DNA from: Candidatus Hadarchaeales archaeon
Lineage (GTDB): Archaea > Hadarchaeota > Hadarchaeia > Hadarchaeales > Hadarchaeaceae
Reading direction: 5' to 3'
Length of the DNA: 32,000 nucleotides
Assembly (NCBI GenBank): GCA_038823825.1
Contig: JAWBCC010000001.1
Coordinates: forward strand, 240,001-272,000
Every line of letters begins with the position of its first letter. The first letter of the stretch is position 1. A program made the position numbers and the translations under genes. Below, in pieces: positions 16,341-25,419 of this stretch. The notes under the pieces are model-generated. The model did not search any database, had not been told where the DNA came from, and was given only the letters and a program-made list of their open reading frames with translations.

Positions 16341-16367
16341 GATTTGATGTTTTCGAGATATTTTTGG

Positions 16368-16494
16368 GCCGGGGTAGCTCAGATGGTTAGAGCGTGGGAC
16401 TCATAGCCTACGTCCAATAGGCTGTGAGTGCTGACTTTCGGATGATGGGTGGGAAATCCCAAGGCCGCGGGTTCGAGTCCCGCCCCCGGCACCA
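16368..16494 (+). tRNA. Intron-containing tRNA with anticodon CAU (elongator Met; Ile2 not excluded), CCA encoded
   Basis: Acceptor GCCGGGG/CCCCGGC, D arm GCTC-AGATGGTTA-GAGC, anticodon stem TGGGA/TCCCA with CAT at 16402-16404, T arm GCGGG-TTCGAGT-CCCGC, A73 and CCA. G1:C72 argues against an initiator. Confidence 0.88.
16406..16455 (+). other. 50-nt tRNA intron at canonical position 37/38 with bulge-helix-bulge motif
   Basis: The central 4-bp helix pairs C32-A35 with UGGG (16450-16453). The 3-nt bulges are UA|G and AA|A. The outer helix pairs CCUA with UGGG(U41-G44). Removal restores the 7-nt loop CUCAUAA. Confidence 0.8.
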
Positions 16495-16516
16495 CTCTAT
16501 TGCTTCTTTTTCAGAA

Positions 16517-16999
16517 TTAGTCCCATAGAAATATCACAAATACGGGTATGATCACCCAGATCAACGATCCTGAGGAAACGCCGACTGAGTCTTCCTCGAT
16601 CTCGTTTGTTACCTTCCCCTTAAAGGTGATTCCGTAATATTTAACAATGTTTTCTTCATTTTCAAAACCACAGTTAAAATCAACTCTAAACCAAAATGAT
16701 CCAGAGGACTTCGCTCTGATTGTGACATCTACGACAAAATTTCCTCCTTCTGTGATGAGCACGGTTGTGGGATGATTTATATCTACAACTTTGTTATCGT
16801 TGTTATCCGTAATATGCACTAAGACATTTCTCGAAAAGTTGTTGACAATCGTAATTGGATACGTTATAGTTTGATTCTCCACAAGTTTCAAGTTCAAGCT
16901 GTTTAACTCCGCAGGATATCTGATGCTCAAAGAAGCGCTCACAAGCGTGGAACCCAAAAGCCAAAACAACACGACGATTCCGATAGCACTTTTTCGCAT
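16517..16999 (-). CDS. Small secreted, C-terminally membrane-anchored beta-sandwich protein
   Basis: The ATG at 16999 gives MRKSAIGIVVLFWLLGSTLVSASLS (signal peptide). The C-terminus LIWVIIPVFVIFLWD looks like a TM anchor. No family recognised. Confidence 0.6.
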   Translation of the reverse strand: MRKSAIGIVVLFWLLGSTLVSASLSIRYPAELNSLNLKLVENQTITYPITIVNNFSRNVLVHITDNNDNKVVDINHPTTVLITEGGNFVVDVTIRAKSSGSFWFRVDFNCGFENEENIVKYYGITFKGKVTNEIEEDSVGVSSGSLIWVIIPVFVIFLWD

Positions 17000-17030
17000 C
17001 TCTTCCACTAAAACTCAGAAATCGACATTT

Positions 17031-17261
17031 TTAAAGGTTATACCAAAATTTCGTTATCGCTTTCTTGATCGTTCCGGACACTCCGAGAACTTCACAGCCA
17101 CGCTCTACGAGTTCTTTTCTTATCCGTGGGAGGTCCAAATGTCGACATCTGATAACAACCCCGTTGGCTGGAAGTTTTCTGATTATCTCGCATCCAACTA
17201 TACCCTCAATTATTTCTGGTTTACCACGCACGACTATGTATCTTCTTCTTTCTCTACGCAA
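17031..17261 (-). CDS. RNase P protein subunit Pop5 (Rnp2), unusually short
   Basis: 76 aa. N-terminal RERRRYIVV and C-terminal VLGVSGTIKKAITKF are Pop5 hallmarks. It sits directly downstream of the DUF54 gene and L15e, as in other archaea. The TTG start is forced. Confidence 0.6.
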   Translation of the reverse strand: MRRERRRYIVVRGKPEIIEGIVGCEIIRKLPANGVVIRCRHLDLPRIRKELVERGCEVLGVSGTIKKAITKFWYNL

Positions 17262-17710
17262 CCCGACACCCCAAGAAGATAATTCCTGATGATGCGTGTA
17301 GCGTTTTCAACCTTTGCCGGTCTGGCGAGCACCTTCACTTTCACATGAATCACATCATCTCCTTCAGAAAGCTTTACTTTTCCTTCATAAGCCTCCTGTT
17401 TGGAGAGCCGCAGGTAAAGATGACAAGAGCTATCGAACTTGTTTTTCAAATTCTCGATTAAACTCTTCAAATCTTCTCTGCTCATTTTTCTGATTAGATC
17501 ATCAAGACATGACTGAGCCTTCTTTCCACGGCATTTACCAAAAAATTTTGTGATGGGATTTCCGTAGTGACCTCTTAAAAGATTTTTTTCAACTCCGATA
17601 TTTTCAGGAAGCACTACTTGCAAACACTTCAACACCTTGTTCTCGTTCTCAGTGGCATGAGCGAAAACAGTGACCTCGAGATTATCCACTATTCTTTTCA
17701 TTCTACTCAT
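17234..17710 (-). CDS. DUF54/COG1325 predicted RNA-binding (exosome-neighbourhood) protein
   Basis: 158 aa with an N-terminal [14 protein letters not shown] pattern and conserved position between L15e and Pop5. An alternative ATG is at 17701. Confidence 0.72.
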   Translation of the reverse strand: MSRMKRIVDNLEVTVFAHATENENKVLKCLQVVLPENIGVEKNLLRGHYGNPITKFFGKCRGKKAQSCLDDLIRKMSREDLKSLIENLKNKFDSSCHLYLRLSKQEAYEGKVKLSEGDDVIHVKVKVLARPAKVENATRIIRNYLLGVSGCVEKEEDT

Positions 17711-18266
17711 TCGCCCTAGCGCTCGGCCTTACTTTCTCCGCACCTTTTCCTTTCCGTCTCAGTCCACGCATCTTTTTTCCAGCGCTGGTGAGCCCTCTGA
17801 ACGCTCTTCCTTTATGTTGGGGTTCGGCTATCCATTTCAGCTGTGGATCGCTTTTTATAACCGGATGATGCGGATCTACAAGGATGACTTCATAATACTC
17901 ATGTGTTCCATCAGATGCAACATGGTAGGAATTCAAAACTTCCATGTTTGGAAATTTTCTAGCTGCTCTTTCTTCCGCAATCACCTGCAGACTCTTTCCA
18001 GGCGTAATCTTTCTAACTCCCATTCTTTTCGGTTTTCTTCCTCTAGATGGTCTAGGTTTTCTCCTTCCACCCTTTCTGACCCTCACCCTTACGACAATTA
18101 TCCCTTGCTTGGGTTTGTAGCCCAGACTCCTAGCTCTTCTCGGTTTAGTAGGTCTCTCAACTCTGACGATCGCCGGACCTTTTCTCCACTTTATGAGTCT
18201 CTCTTTCATCACAGCTTCTAAATCCTCTTCAGGTATGTTGTATCGTCTCACTCTAGCCCACCACAA
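17703..18266 (-). CDS. rpl15e: 50S ribosomal protein L15e
   Basis: [38 protein letters not shown] and GLTSAGKK motifs. The start is ambiguous: TTG at 18266 or GTG at 18251 (GGTGG 7 nt upstream). Confidence 0.9.
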   Translation of the reverse strand: MWWARVRRYNIPEEDLEAVMKERLIKWRKGPAIVRVERPTKPRRARSLGYKPKQGIIVVRVRVRKGGRRKPRPSRGRKPKRMGVRKITPGKSLQVIAEERAARKFPNMEVLNSYHVASDGTHEYYEVILVDPHHPVIKSDPQLKWIAEPQHKGRAFRGLTSAGKKMRGLRRKGKGAEKVRPSARANE

Positions 18267-19161
18267 TCTTCCTAATTTTCTCTGCGATTATAAGCGCAGC
18301 CTCTCTCTGCGCCTCCACGGTCGAAGCTCCAATATGAGGAGTGAGCACAGTATTCGGACATTCCAAAATCGGACTGCCAACCGGTGGTTCCTTTTCGAAA
18401 ACGTCCAAGCAAGCTCCTCCAAGTCTACCTGATTTAAGCGCCTCCGCAAGCGCCATTTCATCCACAATTGGTCCTCTCGATGTGTTCACAAGCACAGCTC
18501 CAGGCTTCATCATCGCAATTTCTCTTTCTCCGATCATTCTCCGTGTTTCTTCTGTCAATGGCACGTGAATGGACACAAAGTCGGAATTTCTCAAGAGTTC
18601 CTCAAGTCCAACATATTTCCCGCCAACCTCTTTAGCAAAATTCTCGTCTCTTACGACATCGTAAAACAGCAGATCCATCCCGAAAGCTTTCGCTCTCTTT
18701 GCCACTTCTTTTCCAATGTTTCCAGTTCCTATTATTCCAAGAGTCTTCCCACGGAGCTCTCTACCCATCATGGCTTTTTTCTCCCACTTTCCACTCTTCA
18801 TGCTCATGTCGGCTGCTGGAATTTTTCTAACAATCGCCAACATAAGCCCGATTGTTAGCTCCGCAACCGCAACGGATGGTGCTTCTGGAGCATTTACTAC
18901 GATGATTCCTCTCTCCCTTGCGGCGGCCACATCTATGTTGTCAAGTCCAACACCAGCCCTCGCGATTAATTTAAGTTTTTTCCCTGCTTCAATAACTTCT
19001 TTAGTCACTTTTGTTGCACTTCTAACCACGAGAATATCCGCATCCTTTACACGCTCAAGAAGTTCTTCTATCGACATTCCGGGTCTTACCTCTACCTCTC
19101 CGAGCTTACGGAGTTCTCGCACACCGTCTTCGTGGATGTTGTCTGCTACCAATATTTTCAT
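18253..19161 (-). CDS. D-3-phosphoglycerate dehydrogenase-like 2-hydroxyacid dehydrogenase (short form, no ACT domain)
   Basis: About 302 aa. NAD loop [28 protein letters not shown]. The ATG at 19161 overlaps the upstream TGA by 1 nt. Confidence 0.85.
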   Translation of the reverse strand: MKILVADNIHEDGVRELRKLGEVEVRPGMSIEELLERVKDADILVVRSATKVTKEVIEAGKKLKLIARAGVGLDNIDVAAARERGIIVVNAPEAPSVAVAELTIGLMLAIVRKIPAADMSMKSGKWEKKAMMGRELRGKTLGIIGTGNIGKEVAKRAKAFGMDLLFYDVVRDENFAKEVGGKYVGLEELLRNSDFVSIHVPLTEETRRMIGEREIAMMKPGAVLVNTSRGPIVDEMALAEALKSGRLGGACLDVFEKEPPVGSPILECPNTVLTPHIGASTVEAQREAALIIAEKIRKIVVG

Positions 19162-20360
19162 CACAATCCCTTCGTCGCCACTATCTTTATCACATCTCCT
19201 TCCTTCAACTCATAGTCTTCTCCGATTCTTCTTTTTGTTTTGGCGTCGACAGCATATAAAAACGTTTCTCCTAGATCTGTGTGAATCTTGTATGCAAACT
19301 CCTTTACCGTAGTCCCGCGTCTTACCAGAAACGCATCGGGTAGAACATTCCCGTTCTTATCCGCAAACTTGTTTTCATCGCTTACAGGATATACAACTAT
19401 TAATTCCAGCAAATCTCTGACCGCTATCTCTATAGCTTGCTGAACGCCAGTGCCTCCAAACTTCTCCATAAGTTTCTTCACCCTTTCAAGCGCCGATTTC
19501 TGAAGATCGGTGAGCTTTTCTGGATGTTTTATAATGAAGCTAGGATCTCCGGGCTGGTAGGAAATGATATCTTTCTCCGCTGCTCTTCTCAGTATCAGCT
19601 CAGCCTCCGCGGACGCAGGAACAGTGAGATATCCAGCATGTTTTAACCTTTCGATGTTTTTCTCGGCCGTCGGAACATCACATTTGTTTGCAACTATTAT
19701 CATCGGTTTGCTAACCTTCTGCAGCTCGCCAGCAAAAGACAGAAGATCCTCATCCGACCACTTCTCCGGGTCCCCCCTATCAACGCCGGCCTTCTTCATC
19801 GCCTCAATTACCTGCTCTTCGGTTATCCCCAATCCTGTCATTATCTTTGCAATCTCCTTCGCAAGATCCAATCTCTGATATTTTGTTCGTCTAGCAAAGC
19901 TCTTCCAATCTTTAGCCAGGATTCCTTTTATCCACATTCTGATTTCATTTTCCAAGAACTTCACGTCCTCCAGGGGGTCGTGGCTTCCAGGTTCACATAC
20001 TCTCCCCTCTTTGTCTGTTGATCCGGATGCGTCCACAATGTGCAGAAGCGCGGCAGCCATTCTCAAGTCGTCCAAGAACTTGTTCCCGAGACCCCTCCCC
20101 TCATGTGCGCCCTCGACAAGTCCTGCAACATCTATGATCCTTACCGGGATAAATCTGGTTCCATTAATGCACATCGAATTCTGAGGATTACATTTAACGT
20201 TTAACTCTCTACATGGACATGGACGTCGAATGTAGGTCACGCCGATGTTTGCCTCAATTGTTGTAAACGGATAATCAGCAACCGGAGCGTTGAGGAGAGT
20301 AGCAGCGTTAAAAAACGTAGTTTTCCCGGAGTTCGGTTTTCCGACCAATCCAATCTCCAT
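19161..20360 (-). CDS. Obg-superfamily GTPase with C-terminal TGS domain (Ygr210/YchF-like)
   Basis: G1 GKPNSGKTT, G3 DVAGLV, G4 NKCD, and a TGS-like C-terminus (KEGDVIKIV). Confidence 0.88.
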   Translation of the reverse strand: MEIGLVGKPNSGKTTFFNAATLLNAPVADYPFTTIEANIGVTYIRRPCPCRELNVKCNPQNSMCINGTRFIPVRIIDVAGLVEGAHEGRGLGNKFLDDLRMAAALLHIVDASGSTDKEGRVCEPGSHDPLEDVKFLENEIRMWIKGILAKDWKSFARRTKYQRLDLAKEIAKIMTGLGITEEQVIEAMKKAGVDRGDPEKWSDEDLLSFAGELQKVSKPMIIVANKCDVPTAEKNIERLKHAGYLTVPASAEAELILRRAAEKDIISYQPGDPSFIIKHPEKLTDLQKSALERVKKLMEKFGGTGVQQAIEIAVRDLLELIVVYPVSDENKFADKNGNVLPDAFLVRRGTTVKEFAYKIHTDLGETFLYAVDAKTKRRIGEDYELKEGDVIKIVATKGL

Positions 20361-20686
20361 CAAGTCTTTTCCCTCAGGAACCAGTTTCTTTCAAGCTTGC
20401 TGCCAAAACTTCTGACACCTTCCTTTACAAGCTGTGCCCGTAATCTTGCCGCATATTCTTCGGAAATCTCGCCTTTTTTCTCGAAATAATTGATTATCTC
20501 TAGCGCTTGTTCGTCCGTATCACATCTTCTCAAAAAGTCAATCAGGTTCGGTCTCTCTCCTATTGCAGTTTTTTCTCCTTCCTCAATCGAACTTCTGACA
20601 GAGCTTATCCTATATCCCTGGGATCCTAAAATTTCTCTGGCGAGATTCGGAAACTTTCTTTTGAATTCTTCAATATCAATCTCCAT
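20360..20686 (-). CDS. Conserved archaeal small protein of unknown function (DUF2095-like, tentative)
   Basis: I use the ATG at 20686 (MEIDIEEFKRKFPNLA), 4 nt after the glmU-like stop. The track's 46-aa N-terminal extension lies inside that gene. Confidence 0.55.
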   Translation of the reverse strand: MEIDIEEFKRKFPNLAREILGSQGYRISSVRSSIEEGEKTAIGERPNLIDFLRRCDTDEQALEIINYFEKKGEISEEYAARLRAQLVKEGVRSFGSKLERNWFLREKT

Positions 20687-20690
20687 TGTT

Positions 20691-21980
20691 TTACGACTCC
20701 TTGGGTCTCCATTTTTTCTTTTTAACTTGTGGCTTCGTGTAAACAAATGTACCCGGCGGCACATCTTCGTAGACATACGTTCCGGGACCAATTGCGGAGT
20801 TTGGTCCGATTTTAACTCCAACATTTATGGTGCAGTTTATACCCGTCTTTACATTATCAGCGATTATAGTTCCAAGCTTCCTTCTCCCGGAGCTCACAAC
20901 CTTCCCATCGATTTTCATTTTTATCGGTCTTTCATCAAGCCTCAGATTGGCTATAGTTGTTCCAGCGCCAAGGTTGCAGTTACTCCCGATAACGCTATCC
21001 CCAACGTAAGAAAGGTGCCCCACATGTGTGTTATCCATGATAATCGAATTTTTGATCTCAACCGCGTTTCCTATTCTCACATTGTCTCCAATGCTCGTGC
21101 AGGGTCTGATGAAGCAGTTCGGCCCGATATCACAATTCCTTCCGATATAAGTCGGCCCGATTATGTATGAACCAGACCTTATTGTCGTCCCCTCTCCTAT
21201 GTAGACTTTACCTTCTATGTGCGCTCCCACCTCAATCTTTCCATGAATCTCATGTTTGATACCTTGGAGAAAATACTCATTAGCGACCAAAAGGTCCCAA
21301 GGTCGTCCAATGTCGGCCCAGAGCTTCACAGGTGAAACATGGATGCTCTTTCCTTCATCTATCAAAATCTGCATAGAAGTGGTAAGCTCATATTCTCCCC
21401 TAACAGACTTTGGTGTTCTGTGTATTGCCTCGAAAATCGCTGGATCAAAAATATATATTCCAGCGTTCGCCGTTCTGCTTTTTATTCTCTTGGCTTTTTC
21501 AACAATTTTCACAACTTTTCCGTTCTCCACAAAAACGATTCCAAACTGTTCAGGCTGATCAACTTCAATGGTCGCCATCACTCCGCCGAAATTCCCATTA
21601 TCTTTCACCCTCTCATACTTTTCAAGCAGACTTTTCATTGATTCGAAGTCAACGAGCGTGTCTCCATTCATCGCTATGAACCTTTCTTCTCCGACAAAGT
21701 CCTCAGCCATGCCTAGTGCGTTCGCAGTTCCAAGCAGCTTCTTTTGCTCGATGTAATGAAGCTTTAATCCCAGTTCTCTTCCATCCTTATATCTGTCAAT
21801 TATCTGCTCCTTTCCGAAGCCAACTATTAAAGCAACTTCCTCCACGCCCAAACTCTTAAGGAGGAGCAATACATGATCTAGGGCCGGTTTTCCGGCCACA
21901 GGCAATAAGAACTTCGGTTTTGTGAAAGTTAGCGGTCGCAGTCTCTTGCCCAATCCAGCAGCTAACACAACCGCTTTCAT
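20691..21980 (-). CDS. glmU: Bifunctional sugar-1-phosphate nucleotidyltransferase / acetyltransferase (archaeal GlmU-like)
   Basis: 429 aa. N-terminal LAAGLGKRLRPLT nucleotidyltransferase fold plus C-terminal left-handed beta-helix hexapeptide repeats. It is adjacent to glmM. Confidence 0.85.
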   Translation of the reverse strand: MKAVVLAAGLGKRLRPLTFTKPKFLLPVAGKPALDHVLLLLKSLGVEEVALIVGFGKEQIIDRYKDGRELGLKLHYIEQKKLLGTANALGMAEDFVGEERFIAMNGDTLVDFESMKSLLEKYERVKDNGNFGGVMATIEVDQPEQFGIVFVENGKVVKIVEKAKRIKSRTANAGIYIFDPAIFEAIHRTPKSVRGEYELTTSMQILIDEGKSIHVSPVKLWADIGRPWDLLVANEYFLQGIKHEIHGKIEVGAHIEGKVYIGEGTTIRSGSYIIGPTYIGRNCDIGPNCFIRPCTSIGDNVRIGNAVEIKNSIIMDNTHVGHLSYVGDSVIGSNCNLGAGTTIANLRLDERPIKMKIDGKVVSSGRRKLGTIIADNVKTGINCTINVGVKIGPNSAIGPGTYVYEDVPPGTFVYTKPQVKKKKWRPKES

Positions 21981-22024
21981 TTTCTCATATTCACTAATCG
22001 CGGTGTTTCTCTATAAAGCCATAT

Positions 22025-23365
22025 CTAAATGATTTTTTCCACAACCTTGGAAGCTTTCTCGACGAGCATTTTGGTGACCTCTGGGCTTCTACCTTCTGCC
22101 GTTATTCTTATGTAAGGTTCAGTCCCGGAAGGACGCACGAGTACCCATCCATCTTCAGTTTCTACTCTGATTCCATCAACCGTTGTTAAGGAAATGGTTT
22201 CCAGCATTCTTGGTAATTCTTCGGAGACCTCTTTCATGACTTTTTCCTTTATCTCGTTGGGGCATGCTATCTTCTTCCTCGCTATTGGAAATTCTGGAAG
22301 CTCATCTGCTAGTTCTGAGAGTGGTCGTCCTATCTCCTCGAGCATCATCAGAACTTTGATTGCTCCGAGTGGTCCATCTGGCGCAAGATGAAGGTCGGGA
22401 AATATCATAGCACCACTGGGTTCTCCTCCAAATTTTGCGCCATATTTGGCAACTTCACAAGCCACGCTCACATCTCCTACCTTGGTCCTAACTACCCTGC
22501 CTCCAGCCTTTTCCACGGCTTCGTCTACGATCATAGATGCATCAACTGTCGTGACAACGGTTCCTTTGCTTTTCACGATCCAGCTGGCGAGCATTGCCAC
22601 TAGCTTATCTCCGCCAACAAACCTTCCGTGATCGTCAACGACAGCCACCCTATCCGCGTCTCCATCATGCGCTATCCCGAGATCCGCCCTAACCTCCTTT
22701 ACTATCCTGCAGAGGACTGTTAGGTTTTCTTCGTTTGGTTCTAAGCCTCTTCCCGGAAATCTGCCATCCAAGTGACAATTCAGCCCGATTACTTCGCATC
22801 CAAGCTTTCTCAGAAGAAATGGTGTAACAACGCTGCCAGCGCCATTGCCGCAATCTACAACAACTCTAAACTTTCTTTCAAGTTGCAGATTTTTGAGTAT
22901 TTCCTGTATGTAGGTTCTGCAGACATCAATCTTTCGTGATTTTCCAACAAACTTCCACTCAACACCTTTCCAAGATTTTTCAAAATAGATTCGCTCTATC
23001 TCCCTTTCCATCTCCGCTGTATATGCCATTCCGCGCTCATCCCAAAATTTTGCTCCATTGTACTCGGGTGGATTGTGGGATGCTGTTATGACTGCTCCAG
23101 CTTTCTTTCTGAGAATTCTCACAGAAAAAGCCAAGGCTGGAGTCGGCGCAATTCCTCCATCGAGTACTTGGCATCCACCGCCCATAATCCCGGCCATTAG
23201 TGCGTTCGCCAAAATCTCTCCAGATAATCTAGGGTCTCTGGCAACAATTACCTCCCCTCCGCCAATGAAAGTCGCCAAAGATTTTCCAATTTCTATGAAC
23301 ATTTCTGGTGTTATATCATGACCGAAAACTCCTCTTATCCCAGAAGTTCCAAAAAGTCTTCCCAT
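22025..23365 (-). CDS. glmM: Phosphoglucosamine mutase
   Basis: 446 aa with TASHNPPEYNG, GIAHDGDADR and RPSGTEP. It lies immediately upstream of the GlmU-like gene. Confidence 0.85.
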   Translation of the reverse strand: MGRLFGTSGIRGVFGHDITPEMFIEIGKSLATFIGGGEVIVARDPRLSGEILANALMAGIMGGGCQVLDGGIAPTPALAFSVRILRKKAGAVITASHNPPEYNGAKFWDERGMAYTAEMEREIERIYFEKSWKGVEWKFVGKSRKIDVCRTYIQEILKNLQLERKFRVVVDCGNGAGSVVTPFLLRKLGCEVIGLNCHLDGRFPGRGLEPNEENLTVLCRIVKEVRADLGIAHDGDADRVAVVDDHGRFVGGDKLVAMLASWIVKSKGTVVTTVDASMIVDEAVEKAGGRVVRTKVGDVSVACEVAKYGAKFGGEPSGAMIFPDLHLAPDGPLGAIKVLMMLEEIGRPLSELADELPEFPIARKKIACPNEIKEKVMKEVSEELPRMLETISLTTVDGIRVETEDGWVLVRPSGTEPYIRITAEGRSPEVTKMLVEKASKVVEKII

Positions 23366-23374
23366 TATCTTCCC

Positions 23375-23968
23375 TTATGTCTGCTGAGGCTTTTTCAAAA
23401 TCTTGCTCTTGTAAACTTCAATTCTGCGGATAGGATGAATAACCTTTATCGCCTTGAGGATATCCATTGCGAGCTTTCCGAGCACCATTTCCTGCACAAA
23501 CTGATCAAAAGTTCTCTCCGCAGCTCTTTTTTGTATGATTTCTCTTATCATCTTCCTCATAGTGGAGATCTTAGAACTCTTAGTCTTTCCCGCCGTTATT
23601 GCCATCGAAGTTATCCTCATTTGATATCCGTCTGTTGTCTGCACAGGAGTTATTTCGTCGACTTTCTCGCTTCTTCTTCTAACCAGACTTCTGATGTAGT
23701 CTTTGACCATCTCATGTCCATCAAACTCTGTATGAGCTTTCGTATCCTCAACCTTGGTTATCTTAAAATAGAGTTTGACACATGACTTTGAAGGGTCATT
23801 GAAAATATCACCGAGCGTAGTTTCGAAGACTCTCCCGATTAAGTGCGAGGGATCCGAAGCAGGGATCTCTCCTACCATCGCTCCTCCGAACATCGAAGGA
23901 GCGTATACTTCATACCAGACTTTCTCCTTCCAACTTTTGATTTTCTTCCTCTCAGTAGCCTCTGTCAT
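23375..23968 (-). CDS. rps3ae: 30S ribosomal protein S3Ae
   Basis: 197 aa with KSWKEKVWYEVYAPSMFGG. The ATG overlaps the serS TGA (ATGA). Confidence 0.92.
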   Translation of the reverse strand: MTEATERKKIKSWKEKVWYEVYAPSMFGGAMVGEIPASDPSHLIGRVFETTLGDIFNDPSKSCVKLYFKITKVEDTKAHTEFDGHEMVKDYIRSLVRRRSEKVDEITPVQTTDGYQMRITSMAITAGKTKSSKISTMRKMIREIIQKRAAERTFDQFVQEMVLGKLAMDILKAIKVIHPIRRIEVYKSKILKKPQQT

Positions 23969-25419
23969 CCGATCACCCTATCTCTCACGATTTTCGGCCA
24001 TTTCTCCATCTCCATCCCATGCTGAGCTAAAAAGCCCACGACCCATCTGTTTGTTCCAAATCCGCAACATCCAGTCCAGACCTCCCTTCCTCTTGCTTCT
24101 TTTATTCTAAAGCTTTTTGCAAATTTATTTCCATGTACGTTATAGGACCCTACTTCGAGCCATTCTTGATTGTAAGGCAGAAAAACTTCTAGGTCGTAAG
24201 TGGCAGCACCGACTTCTCCTTCGGACCCTTCACGCAAATAGAAAGGTGTTGCTACTTTAACCCTCCATTCCATTCCGAGTTCTTCCGCCAGTGCCACACT
24301 TCTTTCCACCATCTCATCCCTGATTTTTCTGATATCCTCTGGTTTTCCGAGCATTATCGCCTCAATTCGCTGGAATTCTTGAACTCTGGTCAGTCCTTCC
24401 ACACCTCCGCCTTCCCACCTATACGTCCATCCGCTGCGATCGAACTGCTTAACCGGAAGTTCTTCCATTTTCACGATTTTTCCGGAAAACTGCTGATAGA
24501 AGGGTTCACACTGGGCAGGAGCGAGGACATAAGCAGGATTCTTGAGAACTTTTCCGAGTTCTATTACATCGATTTCTTTCTTCAGCCTGATTTTTTGCTT
24601 AAATTTCTCAAAAGCTTCTGGGTCTCTTGGGGGAGGACAAACATAATACATTCCTTCCGGAACGTTGTCAAGATAACCTGGCATCTTCATCATGACCTTG
24701 AGCGGTATGAGTTTTGGTAAAAGGACTTCCTCAAACCCCATCGGCTTGATAATTTTTTCAACAATTAAATCTTCGATGGCAGTGAAAAGTTTAGCATAAG
24801 GAGAGGCATAAATCCATTGGCCTCTCCCCGGAAATTCTTTCACCCATCCAAGCTCGAGAGCTAGTTTGAACGGATCCTCTTTGAACTTGTGCTCTTTTGG
24901 TTCACTTCTCTTTACTATTTTTTCTTCTTCCACTCTCGGAATTTCGACAAGGGCTTTTTCTGCATCTGCGACTAGTCTGTCGATCATTCTTTTTCTGATG
25001 TCTGCTTCCCCCAAGTTGTTCAAAATCAAAACGATTTCTTTTGTTCCTTTTTCTATCTTGCAAGGCAAATTGCTTAGTCTATCTGTTGCGGTTTCCGGAT
25101 CTATGCAGGGTATCCTTATTCTACAGTTTGGAATTTCAATTGTTTTCAATCCTATTTTATGTTTTTTTCCAAGTTCTTCAGACATTACACGGGCAAACCG
25201 AAGTAAGACATCGTGTGCCCGAACTTTTCTGCCCGACTCCAACATAAGAGTAACGGAGTCACCTTCTATCTTGAAGCCCGTTATTTTCGCAGCATCTTCT
25301 TTATCGCGGGCACCTTTTACGAGCAAATCTTCATTTTTATGCAAAATTTCAGAAATCTCCACCTTGATTTCCTCAATTGGTTTTCTGAAGACTATTTTGC
25401 CCTCTAGTTCGAATCTCAT
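23965..25419 (-). CDS. serS: Seryl-tRNA synthetase, methanogen (type 2) form
   Basis: It aligns along its length with my recollection of the Methanosarcina barkeri-type enzyme: GRKVRAHDVLLRF...LGKKHKIG, FKEDP, RGQWIY, YYVCPPPRDP, APAQCEPF, RVQEFQRIE, WTGCCGFG. I use the ATG at 25419 (GGTGG SD), which forms an ATGA overlap with pcc1. Confidence 0.9.
   Translation of the reverse strand: MRFELEGKIVFRKPIEEIKVEISEILHKNEDLLVKGARDKEDAAKITGFKIEGDSVTLMLESGRKVRAHDVLLRFARVMSEELGKKHKIGLKTIEIPNCRIRIPCIDPETATDRLSNLPCKIEKGTKEIVLILNNLGEADIRKRMIDRLVADAEKALVEIPRVEEEKIVKRSEPKEHKFKEDPFKLALELGWVKEFPGRGQWIYASPYAKLFTAIEDLIVEKIIKPMGFEEVLLPKLIPLKVMMKMPGYLDNVPEGMYYVCPPPRDPEAFEKFKQKIRLKKEIDVIELGKVLKNPAYVLAPAQCEPFYQQFSGKIVKMEELPVKQFDRSGWTYRWEGGGVEGLTRVQEFQRIEAIMLGKPEDIRKIRDEMVERSVALAEELGMEWRVKVATPFYLREGSEGEVGAATYDLEVFLPYNQEWLEVGSYNVHGNKFAKSFRIKEARGREVWTGCCGFGTNRWVVGFLAQHGMEMEKWPKIVRDRVIG

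Noticed and set aside
17234-17261. LGVSG occurs both in the tail of the DUF54 ORF and near the Pop5 C-terminus, which suggested a hidden frameshift fusion
   Set aside because: The two occurrences are encoded at different positions, not by the same nucleotides. The Pop5 frame is closed by a TGA upstream, so the match is taken as coincidence.
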